Below, piece after piece: positions 1 through 13,820 of a stretch of DNA of 64,000 nt. Source of the stretch: Chrysomallon squamiferum (Eukaryota; Animalia; Mollusca). Below the pieces are notes generated by a model that worked only from the letters and a program-made list of their open reading frames with translations, made no database searches and had not been told where the DNA came from. Made by a program: the position numbers and the translations under genes. Within the stretch, counting starts at the first letter, position 1, and every line of letters starts with the position of its first letter. The stretch covers positions 30,566,001 through 30,630,000 of the forward strand of contig CM022671.1 of assembly GCA_012295275.1 (NCBI GenBank), in the 5' to 3' direction.

Positions 1-217
1 AGAAACAATAGTTGCAAAATATTAAAAATAATAATAAAAAGTGAAAAAAAAGAGTAAAATACAGTAAGTGTAATCTTTCTCCCATTTTTTTCATTTTTTT
101 TTTAAAAAGCCAAAATGGAACTTAATGACTTTCAGTCTGCGGAGAAAAAAATGCATGATTATTTACTGGAAAGGAGCAGGTTATGACTTTTCAAGAAATT
201 AATTATTGTTTTTATAG

Positions 218-3200
218 GTCTGATATATATGTAACTGAATCATCATCAAGAAGTGAGTCCTGCCAAACATCACAGAGCTATGCTAGCTGTTTTGGCTTGC
301 CATATCAGGTATACATTTAAAAAAAAAATCCAAAAAATCTAATAGTATATTTATTTTATCTATTAAAATTTTTAATTTAAAAAAAAAAATATATATATTT
401 TATAAAAGATGACATTTTTTTACATACTCATATTTTAATTTCATAAGACAGAAATGCTAATTTTTATTAATATATTTTCAATTAAGGACAGAAGAAATTA
501 GTTTTAAAAGATTTATGAAGGATTTCTTTGGTATTCAATATGTTTATAGTCCACTAATGGAAAAAAAAATCAAAAACAAATCTGATAGGTAAATCTAATC
601 GGTGTCTTCTTTAAATATTAAGTAAAAGACTCATTGTCAAACATTAAAATTAAGTTTTATTATTAATATAAAAAAAAATAAAAAAATCTTTTGATGACAT
701 TCTCTACAAAAAAGAGGTCGTATTCATCTTGCTTCAGGATCACAACTATGGTGCTCCACCACCACCTACACCACCTCACTCTCCCGTTCCAAAAGTCAAC
801 GGGCATGTGGAGGTGGAATTTGTTCCAGCAATGGATGAACTGCTTTCTGCAAAGGAAGAAATTGTTGATGACAGCATCACACGATGTATCTGTGGCTATC
901 TGCATGATGATGGATACATGATATGCTGTGATAAATGCAGGTGAGTATTTTTTTAAACAACTGACTCAAAGGTTACACAATACTATAAAGCAGGCAGACA
1001 ATGTAGTTATAAAGCTGAATTTTCAGTGATGTTACTGTACGTTTCATTTGAAATTTATTTAAAAATTACTAAATTAATTATGTATGATCAAAATGACATA
1101 ATTAACAACTTCACAGTTTTCATTAATATTAGTAACTGGCAGACAAAAGTAATGATCATAATATCTATTTATGCTGCATTTCCATTTTGTCTATGAGTTT
1201 TGGACATATATTACATTATAGATAATTAAAATTATCTGGTTTCAAATTTTCTTTTTCATAATTATCTTGGTTAGAACTTTTCATTTCTTTTGAAATTAAG
1301 TTGTTTTTCCATTAGCAAATAGTAATTGGTTTATTAAATATTCTCTATTTACTGAATATATATGCAATAAGCAATCCTGTTGTTGTTAACAGCAGAAAAA
1401 TGTAAGAATTGCTTTACTTATTTTTCAAATATTTGCAGTGTATGGCAGCATATTGACTGTATGGGCATTGATCGAAACAACATACCAGACAATTATTATT
1501 GTGAACTCTGTGAATCTAAACCAGTTGATGTGGAAAGGGCAAAGTTTATCCAGAGAAAAAAGAGAGAGGAAATTGGTACAACAGATGTTTTTTTAAATTT
1601 TAATTATATAATGGACAGACTAATATTAAATAAAATTATAATAAATGCTAATTTGCAGTTCAATTCATGTAATCCCCTTAAATTTATTAAATGCATATCA
1701 GAAAGCATGTTTTTTCCTTTTTCTGGTGTAAAAAAGACTTTTTTTTATTAAATATTTAGATACTAGTGCTACTGATACTGATCCAGATGAGGCTGCTAAT
1801 CATCTGGCATCTTTAAACAAGAAATCCATTTCACCTACAAAAACTAAAGCTCCCAAACAAAGGAGAATTTCTAAAACTAAGGATAAACTTTCACCAAGAA
1901 AGAATGGAGTAAAGAATGGTCGAAAACTTCCAAAAAAGGAAAAAGAAAATGTAAAAGATGTTAATAAATTGGCAAAGGTAAGAATCCCAGGAATGAAAAT
2001 AATTATTTTATACTACTTTATTTTTGTTTCCTTAGGTAAATGAAAAGATCATTTCACTTTTTTACAAAATATGTTCTGAATGTTATAAGTGATTCTAAGT
2101 AATTATATATTGAAATATTACATAATGCCATGATAGAGAAAAAAGCAAATCCCTTCAACAGATGACAACAGTAAACAAAAAATATAATAAACTGGTTTTG
2201 TTAAAGAAAATTATTTTCTTACAAGTCTTTGAATTATACAATTTTCAGGCAACACAAGGCAGCATTCAGACAACAACCAAATTGGTTAGGGTAAGTTTGT
2301 TTTTAACTGTTTTAATTGTTTTTATTATTTAAAAAAAAAAAAATTTTATATATATATATATATTAGTATTTGGAGAATATATTAACATATAAGTACAAAT
2401 GAAAAATAAATGAACAAATAAGTTGGGTAAATGTAATTTTTCTTTATTAAATTTAATTCCTTGCTAGTTGAATTTCCTACAGTGTTGTGTTTTTCAAAGT
2501 ACATTTTATGTTTTAGCTTAATGGCTGTAAGGTCAGTGCATGATCTGTTGCATATGTTTTTCATCTAACATTACCTTTCATTCATTTTCAGAAAAAGAAA
2601 AATTTATCCTTGAATGTATCTTCTGTTGTTAGTCGAAAGGATCCTTGGAATTGTTCTTACAGGTACAGTATTTAGCAGTCATGTTTTATGTATCATCTTG
2701 ATTTTCTCAGAAAAATATAGAAGCCAAATTGAAATAAAAATTTAATAATTGTAAATGAAAGATGTATTTCTGTTAGTATGAGATTTCTATCATGTTAAAT
2801 AAAAAGTAGTTGGATATGTCTGCTGAATGGTTAGTTTACAAATTTCCTTTATTTTTCAGCCCTTGGGTTGATAAATACGAAGAAGCAAAAGAAAATCGAT
2901 ACAGTGCTGATTTGAAGGAAATTTTATCTGCAACTAAGATAAATGGAATTCATGTAAGTTTTATTTTTATGGTGAACTATTTTTATTGAGTTGCTGTTTA
3001 ATTATTTTAACTTTTTTTTTTTTTTAATTATATTAATGCAAACTGATTATCTAGTCCCTGTGAATAGTAAATATAATTAATGATGATAAACACATTTTTT
3101 TTATTGACAGTATATATCATAAATAGTATTTTCTATTTCCCTGTGCTCCCCACCCCAGAATGTTGGTCTGTTAATTGCTAAATGAATTTAATACCTTTGT

Positions 3201-6200
3201 CGTATGACAAATTTTTAAATTCATTTATTATTATTATTTTTTAAATAAATGGCAAAGACCAGTCAGAAAATAAAAATAAGGCTAAGAAAAGAAATTTTAT
3301 TGAAATTTAGTTTTTGAAATGTATATATATTTATTTTTTTCAGAATGATATCCAGATGGATGTAGCAAGGCTGCGGGTTCAGCTTTGTTATGTTGCTGAG
3401 GTTCAGAAAAATAGAAAAGTATGTATCTAGTAAACAGAAAATAAAATAAATTAATAGCAGAATTTAAAAAAAAAAAATAAAAACAATAAAAATCATAACA
3501 TAGTCTAAAATACAGAAAATAATACTTTTGCAGCTGTTACTGATTTTAAAGCTTGTTTCTTTTCTCAACAGGGTCTGCTGGCTTCAGACCAAATCGCTCC
3601 AGGACAGATTGTGATAGAATTTAAAGGCAAAGTTTTGTTGAGGCATCAGTACTTTGAAGAAAATCTATTTTTTAAAAGGTATTATAGAAACTATATTTTT
3701 TTCTCCTGAATGCTACATTACTTTTTAATAATGTTGGCTTGTGCCATTGTATTTTGTATTAAGTTTGTTTTGAAAGTGTTAACTGTAAATATGTTGTTTT
3801 ACTATAAAACAAAATGATAAAAAAAAAATAAAAATGTATTTTCACATTTTTCAGGTTGCATCCATTTGTTCTGTTTTACTCCAAATATGAAAACTATGAT
3901 CTTGTTGTTGATGCCAGTACGTTTGGCAGTGATGCCCGTTTCGTTAGAAGATCTTGTTCCCCTAATGCTGAGGTTTGTTTTAAATGCAATTTAAAAAAAA
4001 AATGATAATAATAATAAAAAAATAAATTATCACATAGTAGAATTATTACATGAATACTCAGAAACATCATATAAAGTTCTAGAAAAAATTGGTAATGAAA
4101 ATAGAACACAGGTAGTATCCTGGTTTTTAAATATGTTTTGTTCCCCTAGCATTCATTTACTGCAAATTTAAAACTGAACATTAAAAATACTTCACAGGTG
4201 CATCATATGGTAGAAAGAGGAAACATCAGCTTTTTCTTTCATGCCAAAACAAATATTCTCAAGGGTACAGAGATCACCATACCTTTCGACTACAATTATC
4301 AAGAGTGGTAAGTTGATGATAATATAAAATATAACTGTTTGATTGTTTATTGGTAAGTGCACGTTTTATGCTAAGAAACTGTAACCTTTTGTTTTTATGA
4401 TTATAATATCGATTAAACTTCGTCAGTTAAATGTTTTGAATTTTTGACTTTTTTAAAACAACACATTCTGTTAGCTTTCTTTTAAATGCAGTATACAAAA
4501 TAATCAGTACAAATGCATATTCTTTGTTTATGGTGATTGTTGATTGTTTTTATTAATCAGTGTTTTATTTTTTTAATTGGTACAGCTCTTTCTGTGTTGA
4601 ATGTGCATGTTTACGAAATAACTGTCCTGTTTCCAAATTCTGGAAGAAAATGAAAAATGCTGAAAATGTGTAAGTAATTTTAGACCATGCTATTATTATT
4701 AAATTTTTGAAATTACTTTATTGAAATATTCAGTGATCCAATATAATTAATAATGAAGTCATTTATTTTCCATTACTATTCATTGTAGATAAATTCTTAT
4801 TCATAAAATAAACAAAATTGGAAACTGAAGAATTAAAAAACAAAAATGATGCAAATAAAAAAAATATATATTCAAAAAAAAATCCAGCTTTTGCTTTTAA
4901 GATTGTTTTAAAAATGAAAAAAACAGACCAAAAAAATTTCATTTTAATTCAGTGAATAATTATTGGGTTTTCCACATTTTAACTCTAATTTTTTAGTTTT
5001 AGTTTTTTAAAGCTTACATTTATCTATTTAATTATTATTTTTCTGTAGAACAACCAAATCACCAGTCAAAGAAAAGAAAAGAATGAGGAAACCAAGTGTT
5101 TCAAACACTCCTGGAAAGAAAAATACTGTTAGCAGTGAGGTGACAGACAAACCTAGTGCTCTTGATTTGCAAACTGTGAATAATGTGGAACCAGTTAGCA
5201 GGACGCGAAAGTGCAGTGGTACTGAGGAGAAAGTGAGAAAAAACAGTACTGAAGAACGTTCCAAAAAGTCTAGTAGTTCCACTGTTCAGATGAAAACTGA
5301 CGATTCATTGTGTCCAAATAATATTTTACCATCTCCAGTAAAACAGCCAGATGTAAAGTCTCATGTGTACACAAGAGCTTCTTTTAATAGTGTAAATGTA
5401 AGTGAAATTATTTTGTAGACGTAGTTTCGGAGAAAAAGTACCATTCAAGTACAGAAGAATGCTAAAGAAATAGAACTGTTGGGAATTTTGGTTTATTTGA
5501 TGCATCCAGTATTTTCTCAGTATTTTCAGAGATGTGAATTGCAATTATTATCATACAGATACCTAAATGTTTAATTAGGACAGTAAATTCTTCAAATAGT
5601 TAAGCACTGATTGATTGTAAATGAAAAGTTTCCAGGCAGATAAATTGTGTAATAAGATGAATATATCAAATTATGAAAATTCTTTGATAAAAACTAGTTG
5701 GCTACTAGTAGTAATACAATTTTAATATTGGTAGTATTGAATTTATTTCAATTCCATATCACTGGTTGTTGGTTCTGTTTTGTAAAGGTTCAGAAAAAGA
5801 CAGTCCCAAAGGAAGAACCTGTGGAAGTAAATATAATTAAGGAGTCAACAGTAATTCCAAAGACTGAGCCCCCACCGCCTGCTTCCAACACAGAAAGCCA
5901 GGCAACCACTCACTCTGAAGATGATCTTGATTCTGCTGAAAAGGCTCACAAGAAGGTAATGACTGAAATTATTTTTCTTTGCATATTTAATTTCAAAAAT
6001 TATTATTCTATATTTTTATTATAATTATTTGTAAACAGTTTGTGTAAATCTTCTGATTAATACATTTCTAAACAAATTTAGCACTGATTAAAACGGATAA
6101 ATGATTATCGTGTCAATAATGGTCCTGAAATCTTTTGTTTAGACTCGTGAGGAAAGAAAGATGGAGGCCATCATGAAAGCTTTTGAAAAGCTAGAGAAAA

Positions 6201-9200
6201 GAGAAGAACGTAGAAAGGAGGCTTTGGCGAGAATAGGTGTCCAGCGAAAAAGTCAGGACAGCAAGAATACTGACATGAAGAATGAAGATACAAAGAGTGG
6301 AGCTCCCAAAAATGAGGAATCTAAGGAGTCTGAAGTAAAAGAAGTGAAAGAGAGTTCAGAAGAGAAATCTGAAAAGGTAAATCTTTTACTCAATTAAATC
6401 TGAAATGAACTATATTATAAAAAAAATTATTATTACTTTTTTTAATTTTTTTTTTTGTGATGTTGAAATAATAAATATAACAAAACAAAATGGGTTAATT
6501 CTGTTATTTTTTTAGAAATTTAATACCTAATATATGATAGTTTTCATTGAATTCTATGTTATTGATACATAAATTGAAGTGTCTAGATTTTTCTGAACAG
6601 AATAGAAAATTTGAAAACTACTAATAATTGTGTTCTTTTGTTAGGTTGAACAGACCACATGTGATTCAGCTCCTGTTACAAGTACAGTTGAGATCAAAGT
6701 TGAGCCTAAACCAGAACCTCCAGTAAAAGTTAGTAGAGGGTAGGTGAAATTTTCTGTTTTAAAAGGAAGTAATTCTTGTTCACTTTATATAATTTGGAAT
6801 TGAATAATTTCTATTTGTGTATTCTGTTTCTGAGAATAAATTTAGCATTGTTGAATGTTAAGATGTTTATTTGTTTATTTATTTATTTTATATATATTTT
6901 TTTTTTTTACAGCAAGAGAAGTAGAAGACATGGAAGAAGGTATCAATCGGTTTTTTTAAATTATCATTCTTGATTTTTTTTAAATGTAGCTTTACATTAT
7001 ATTATTGTTTATTAATTCACTGTTTTATAATTGTTCAGTTTTTTTAAATACTTAAAAATGATAAGCAGTGTGTGAAATGAGCTCTGCATTTTGAAATGTA
7101 CCAGTTAGAAAATTTTATATTAGTACTCTTTTCACAAAGTAATAAGAGCCTTGTTTTGTTTTTGGGTGTTTTGATTAGAGATCCTGGATTTTAAATTGGT
7201 ATTTTATTTCACAGGTTTTTAGGTATTAAATATTTTTTTTCTCTAAAAAAAAACCCACAACTGAATTATTATAAAAGATCTTGAATGAATTATTAGATAC
7301 ATAGGCTTATCTGGATATGAGATGACTTTTATTTTCTGGTTTTTAAAATTCATCTAATCTTTGTAGGAGATCCAGAGTGAACAGTACAACTGTTCTGGAG
7401 CTCTCTTCTGCTGGCTCTGTTGATGAGAGCAGCAATTCAAATGCATCAACTCCTGGAACACCAGTTCCACAATCTGCTGAAATAATGGAAACAAATGGTG
7501 GCTTTAAATTCATAAAAACAAAGAAAGTACGTTTTTCCACTGACCATTTTTTTTCTTCTTCTAAATTGATAATTTTATTTATATTGATTCAGTAGGCTTT
7601 TTTTAAAACTTATCAAGATATTTGTCAGTACAAATAATACATTAATTTTTATTTTTTATTTTTTTTATGAATTACATTTTGGATAAATACAAATTTATAT
7701 ACATTTATTATATTACATGTAAGTCATAAAAAGCTTGATTTATGTTTGACATTTTTTAGTTTGTAACTATAAAACAGACCATAAACATATGAAACTTTCA
7801 TTGGTGTAAAAGATATTTTCCTTTTATGTTAAGGTCTGTTAAAATTTTGAAGAATAACTGTTTAAATCAGAATATTCATGTTAGTTGTATACTTGTATTC
7901 GCTCTGCAGCATCTGTTTAATGAATGGAAAAGTGAAAAGATTTCTGACCTGAAAACGGCACCCAACTGTAAGGCTGAACCACTGGAAGTGAAAGTCGATG
8001 AGACGGTGTTTGTCACCTGTTTGCCCAGTCCACGCAATGCTATGGAACATCTGCCCAGAAGAAACAGCCAGAGTGCTGGGTGTTCCAATCCATCCATCTC
8101 TCACCAGCCTGCCCAGAAAGCAACTATTGAACATGGTAGCGGGTCTGCCAAAAAAGTAATTTAACTTCCATCAAAAAGTTAATAATTAGCAGAGACCAAA
8201 AAATTTGAAACATCTTAATCTTTTGAATTAACATATTTTGAGCTTTCTTGATACTGAGAGTCAGAAGTTGTGACCATTAGATATATATATATTAAACAAA
8301 GAATGTACACCAAAAAAAAAAAATGCAGAGTATACTCAAACAGTTAACAACCTTGCATTCAAATATGTTTTTTCAGTTTAGGCCAAATGGTTAATTGTCT
8401 CCCTTTATGTATTAATTTGAATCGGGTACAGACAGTAATGTATCAGTGAACATCATTTTTCTTTGTTTTTATGTTTCCGTTTCATCTTTTTAACAAATTA
8501 AATGCTTAGTCTGGAGATAATTACATTTTAAAAAACTATGTTTTGAATCTACATGTGCTGAAACTGTTGAGTAAAAACAATAAAAAGTAACTTGTTTTGC
8601 AGAGATGGTTGCGCCAGGCTATGTTCGAGACTGGTCCCACCGTTAATGAAAATGGTAATGCATCACCAATGTCTGGTGGTGCCAGTCCCAATCCTCATCT
8701 GTACAGTCCAGGTTCATCACCACCTAGTGGTAAGTAATTTATTCTACATTTATACAAAAAATATGGTTGACATTGATTACATGTTGAAATCCAGTCATGA
8801 TTCTTTTTGTAATCAGATTATCAACTAGTTAATCAGTTTGCATGCACAGTCAAAATAAACACAGCTCTTAAGTAAATGGAAAAAAGAATATTTCAGTATT
8901 TAGCAGCTAGTGGAGAAATGCAGTTCTCTTTTGTGTTGCTTTCAGATATCATTACACCTTTAAAGAAACGTCGTCTTGCTCGCGAGTCTCTTTCACTAGA
9001 TCAGCCAACTACCTCCACTCCGTCCATAATGTTGCCATCAGTGCAGTCAAGTGACTCAACATCGACTGACAACGTGCCATCGGTTGCTGACATTCAAGAT
9101 TTGCAAAGCAAAAACGGCTTTACTTCAGTGATGCCTCTCACTCCTGTTACACCAGCAGATTACTGTGAACATGTAAGATTTTATAATTTTGTTGGTTTTG

Positions 9201-12200
9201 TTTTTTAAAAATATTTATGCAGATATTTCGTTATTTAAAATAAAGAATTTTTTTAAAAGTTTAAGAAGAAATATTTGATAAAAATTTAGTTTAAACAACT
9301 AAAAGCAGTTGAAATGAAAAAAGATAAACTTTTTTATTTTTTTTTTTTTTTTTTAATTATAAACTTATATTTTGTACTTTTTTATTTCCAGAATATGTAC
9401 ATGTGCAAAAAATTTCGTCACTCCAGTGGTCACAGGGATTCCACAGATATTGAAAGTGATGCTTCGGAGTCAATAATACAGTCATCTACTGAGCACAGTG
9501 TCAGCATGGATAGTGAGTGTGAAATAAAAGAATCTCCTAAAAAGAACAATAGTGGTGCTATGGAAATTTCTTATGAAATGTCGGTGGCCAGCAACAGCAT
9601 AATGAAAAGTGAAGCTGATCATTCAGAGGGTAGCAGTTCTCACAGTGATGTAATCACAAAAGACAAAACAGAAAATTGCCAAGGTAGTGGTTGTGAACTC
9701 AATTCAAAAAAAGTTGACACAGACACGCTGAATGCATGTGTAAGTGACACTGTTGAAGAAGAAAACAAATCCGAAGTGTCCGACTCAACGGAAGGTGTCA
9801 AGGATGAGTTGGTTTGTGATTCTCAGAATACTATGTTTGACGCACAACAGAGCAGAGCTAATTCAGTTGCAGATAATGAACCTTGTGTCTCGTCTGGAAC
9901 TGTGGACTCTTCATTGGCACCAAAAACCTTAGGGAACAGTAACTTCATTTGTGAGGAACAAGGTGAGGTTTCAGAGAGCTGTGTGCAATCTGAAGTCAGC
10001 AAATCGGACAGTGACAATGAAGTCTCATGTGGCAGCATAACTAAAGACAGTTCTTTACAGGATAATGTTTGTTCGTCCAATAATGTGGAACTCAGTTCCG
10101 CTCATTTGGAAAATGCTAATGTTTGTGATTCCGTGTCACAGATTGATAATGGAAGGACTACTGTTTCTTGTGATGACAGTCTGTTCTGTGTGTCAAGCAC
10201 TGGTGAAGGCGACACTAATGAAATAAGTGATGCTACTTCATGTGTCAACAGTATGGACAGTGTTAACGTGCCTGATTCACAGACTGAAAACTTTGTCAAA
10301 CTGGGTTGCAATGAGATGGAAAACGCTGATTCAGGTTTTGAAAATGTGAGTGGAGTGTCTTCCACATGTGCAGTGGAATCTGTGCAGGACATTTCACAGT
10401 CTTCACCAACTTCATTTAATAGTTTCTCACAATCTGTGGTCTCATCAGATGGTTCTCCAGAGACTGAATCCCATTCATCATTTCAATCTGCTGGATCTGG
10501 AACAGCTGAAGACACAAATGTTGCTCCAACAAAGAAAAAAGTAAGCTTGCTTTACAATAATTTAAAAAAAAAAAAAAAATAACAAAAAATTATAATAATA
10601 ATTACCTATTGACATAATATATTAAGTTTTGAAAAATTATGTTTGTGGTAGCTTTTTCTGGTATGCCTGGTGAAAATAATAAAATGATAATGGCATAATT
10701 TTATTAACAATTTTAAATGTATAAAATGCTTTTTCAAGGTAAGCTTGCTGGAATATAGAAAAAGAATTAAAGAGAAGAAGCAAGAAGGTAACAGTAACTC
10801 TTCAACGCCTGTGAAATCATTTCCAACATCAGTCAACTCCAGCATGAGCAACTCTAAAGTAACCAGTCTGCAGCCTCTGCCATTGTTTTCATCTCTTCCT
10901 AGTGCTGCAGAGAAAGTGTCCAGAAAGGGTAAACTTTAAGTGTTGTTCTGTTGAAAACCAGTTCAGCTGTTCTTTTGTGGGTTTGTTTTTCTTCTATTTT
11001 TTTTTTATGGGGTGGGGCCATTTTTATTAATTTTTATTATTATTTCTTTATTTTTCCTCCTGTTTTCAAATTTAAATATAGATCTTGTAGATTTTGTTTA
11101 TTGAGAAATATTAGCATTGAAAAATGTAAAAACAGAATTGCTTAATTTTTTAACTTTTTAGTTTTTATTTGATAGTATTAATTTAATAATTTTGATTTGT
11201 ATGTTATTTTTATATATATATATATATATTGAATATTATATAATCACTGCATTAGGATTACTCTGATAATAATAAAAATAATTTGAAAAGCTCAGTTTAT
11301 CGTTCAACTTAAGCAAGTGTGAGAAAATGCATTGCTTTCTATGTTGTTTTTAAACGAGAATATCTCAATAATTACAGCTAAAAGACTGAAAAAAGAAGCT
11401 CCTCGTAAACCCATGAGTTTAACAGAAAGGCTTCGACAAGAATTTGGACTGGAAGAAAGCGAAGAAGAGGATAAAGGTAATGAAGCATTTTAAATTTTGT
11501 TTTATGAATAACGACAGTTTTACTGCTTATTGCAGCTTGGCTCTCACATCCTAAAACATGCTGTTTAAAAACTAAACTTTCATTGTTCTGCTTCATATAG
11601 ATACAAATGTGTATATATATATATATTTAACCAGACCAAGGATCATTTGTGAACATTAATGTATCAATGCAAATTATTAAAATAATTTTGTAGAATTGAA
11701 AAATGATGAAGGTGAAGCATCATCACAAACACCCCCGCCTCCCCCACCTCCACCTAATGGTGCACCGACCCCTCTTTGCAGGAGGGTTGATGGTGAGTTT
11801 GATGTTAAGGCAGACCAGCTCTCTGTCCTGTTTTTCTTTGCACACAACTTTCAGTGCCTTTATTTTATATTGTGTTCACTTGCTTGTTAGAAGCATGAAG
11901 CTTTTCTGCAAATATACCATTTTTCTGTTAATTAATTAATTTATTTTTTATAAATATTTTTTTTTTTCAGTTAATTAACTAGTTTTTATTTTTGTAGATT
12001 TATTTACTTTGTGATTGGATCCTTCTGCGAATAACTGTTATGTTCTCCTTTATTCACTGGAGTAGATAGTCTTCTGTATATTTTTAGTTACTTTTTGTAC
12101 AGTATTTGTGATTAAATGTTTGCATGGTTTGGAATTTTATGCTCTGAATGTATTTCACTAGACAACTTGTATGTGGTAGTCTGATTTTTATTAATTTATA

Positions 12201-13820
12201 GATTCTGAGGCTTTGGTTGTTTTTTTGTGTTGTGTTTTTTTTTTTTTTTTTTCTTGCTTAAAATTAATATTAGCAAAACAAATTATAAGAAGAAGGATAA
12301 TAAAACTAAATTTAGTGTTAATAATTTCAGGAAATTATATATATTTTATAGTTTATAAAAAGAAAGAAGGAAAAAAAATAAAAATTGGTGTTTATGACTG
12401 CTATAGTTTTGAAAACTGAAAATAAAATATCTTACATTTTACTCTAAAGGAGAGAAAGAAAATAATGAAATGTTTCAGTTTAATAAGAGAGATGGTTAAA
12501 TACTTCTTCTGGATAAAAATATAAATGTTCTATATTTTTGATTTTAACTATATAATGTATAGTATTTGCATGTTGCTCTATGCTCATTTCTATGCTCAGA
12601 ACATTTACTTAATAAAATTTCATTCATGTCAGTTATTTCATTTCAGTCATCTAACTACAAATACCCCCAGGTTTTTTTTCCTTCCCTTTTTAAGTTTAAA
12701 AAACCTCCAATGCAGATGTTGTGAAAATGTTGTAATACTTGTGACGTTATTAAAATAACACGATCTGACCTCACTTCTTTCTTTCCCATTACTTTATTTT
12801 CAATAAAACATTGTAAATAAATTTATAGATGAAGAGTCACTCACAGACATGAACACTGTACCAACACATTCAGCAGCGAGACCGAGCACAGTTCCTCTAG
12901 GAAGTTGTGTACCTCCTACAGGACGAATGTTACCCAGGGTTCCCATCCTCTTTCCTGTTGGTGGTCAGATGAATTCGGGAGGCAGCCGACCACCACCACC
13001 TCCTCCGAGAGGTGGTTTACGACCAATGGTCCGTCCTGCTGGGACACAACGAACTTTAGCACCAAATGGCATGTCGTCGAGACCTGTTATGTCCCATCCA
13101 GTTTCTAATCGGCCATTAATCCCACAAGGTGCTTCCAGACGAATGCCTCTGGCCAGTCACAGAACTCCTCCACTAGTTGCTGGTATATCTAATCAAGGTA
13201 AAGGAACGTTGTTGTTTTGGGTTTTTTTTTTAAATTACTATTGTCTGATGTTAATAATGTTTTTTGGAATTGAACTTGACAAAAAAAAAATTTAAATAAT
13301 AATAATAAAAAAAATTGTTCATAATTAGGAATGGACAGAAATTATTGACAAAAATAAATAAGAAAATAAATAAATAAATAAGCGATTTGAGTTTTGTGAT
13401 GAAAAATGAATTTCCATTTGAATTCTCTCTCTCGTAGCTGCTGTGAACAGGCCACTTCTTTCACAGCCTCAGACAGCTCCATGTTACCCAGGGTCTTCCG
13501 AACAGCAACAACAGCTGGCAGTCAGTGGTTTGCAGTCTGGTACGTCACAGAATGCCCAGTATATTGCTCAAGTTTCGACACCACTCACTACGCCTCAAGT
13601 GCAACAGTTTGAGTACAACCATGGAGTAGCAACCTCTAATGTTCAGTGGAACCACACCCCACCACAGCAACAGCAACAGCAACAGCAGCAGCAGCAGCAG
13701 CAGCATCAACAACAACAGCAACAGCAACCTTCATCTGTACAGTCTTCTATAGTGTCGGGCTCTGATGTGTACAGTAGGAAACCGAATAAATCATACCCAA
13801 GTTCAAGCAACTATTACTGA
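218..13820 (+). CDS. KMT2E: KMT2E/MLL5-like (SETD5/UpSET family) PHD + inactive SET domain chromatin protein; 5'-partial, 27 coding exons, ~1756 aa in window
   Basis: Hand-built exons, all GT-AG and phase-consistent: 218-308, 738-940, 1439-1575, 1760-1977, 2249-2290, 2592-2662, 2860-2953, 3344-3418, 3572-3678, 3855-3972, 4198-4307, 4586-4669, 5049-5397, 5788-5955, 6143-6376, 6645-6739, 6913-6939, 7367-7526, 7910-8155, 8603-8729, 8946-9172, 9392-10540, 10739-10928, 11378-11476, 11694-11792, 12829-13197, 13438-13820 (TGA). MLL5 hallmarks: [18 protein letters not shown]; [34 protein letters not shown]; [43 protein letters not shown]; [10 protein letters not shown]; KTKKHLFNEW; KKRWLRQA; TPLKKRR; [12 protein letters not shown]. 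Confidence 0.93.
876..1520 (+). other. KMT2E: PHD finger of KMT2E (split over exons 738-940 and 1439-1575)
   Basis: C4HC3 pattern CICG...[15 protein letters not shown]...YYCELC. Confidence 0.9.
3572..4669 (+). other. KMT2E: SET domain (catalytically degenerate type) and post-SET Cys cluster of KMT2E
   Basis: IVIEFKGK; [13 protein letters not shown] (RRSC in place of the NHSC of active SET enzymes, as in MLL5/SETD5); EITIPFDY; CVECAC..NCPV. Confidence 0.88.
13663..13727 (+). repeat. Coding (CAG/CAA)n poly-glutamine tract near the KMT2E C-terminus
   Basis: Reads [21 protein letters not shown] in the last exon. Confidence 0.85.

Noticed and set aside
3855-3972. Degenerate SET active site as a novelty
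   Set aside because: RRSC in place of NHSC is the normal state of the MLL5/SETD5/UpSET family.
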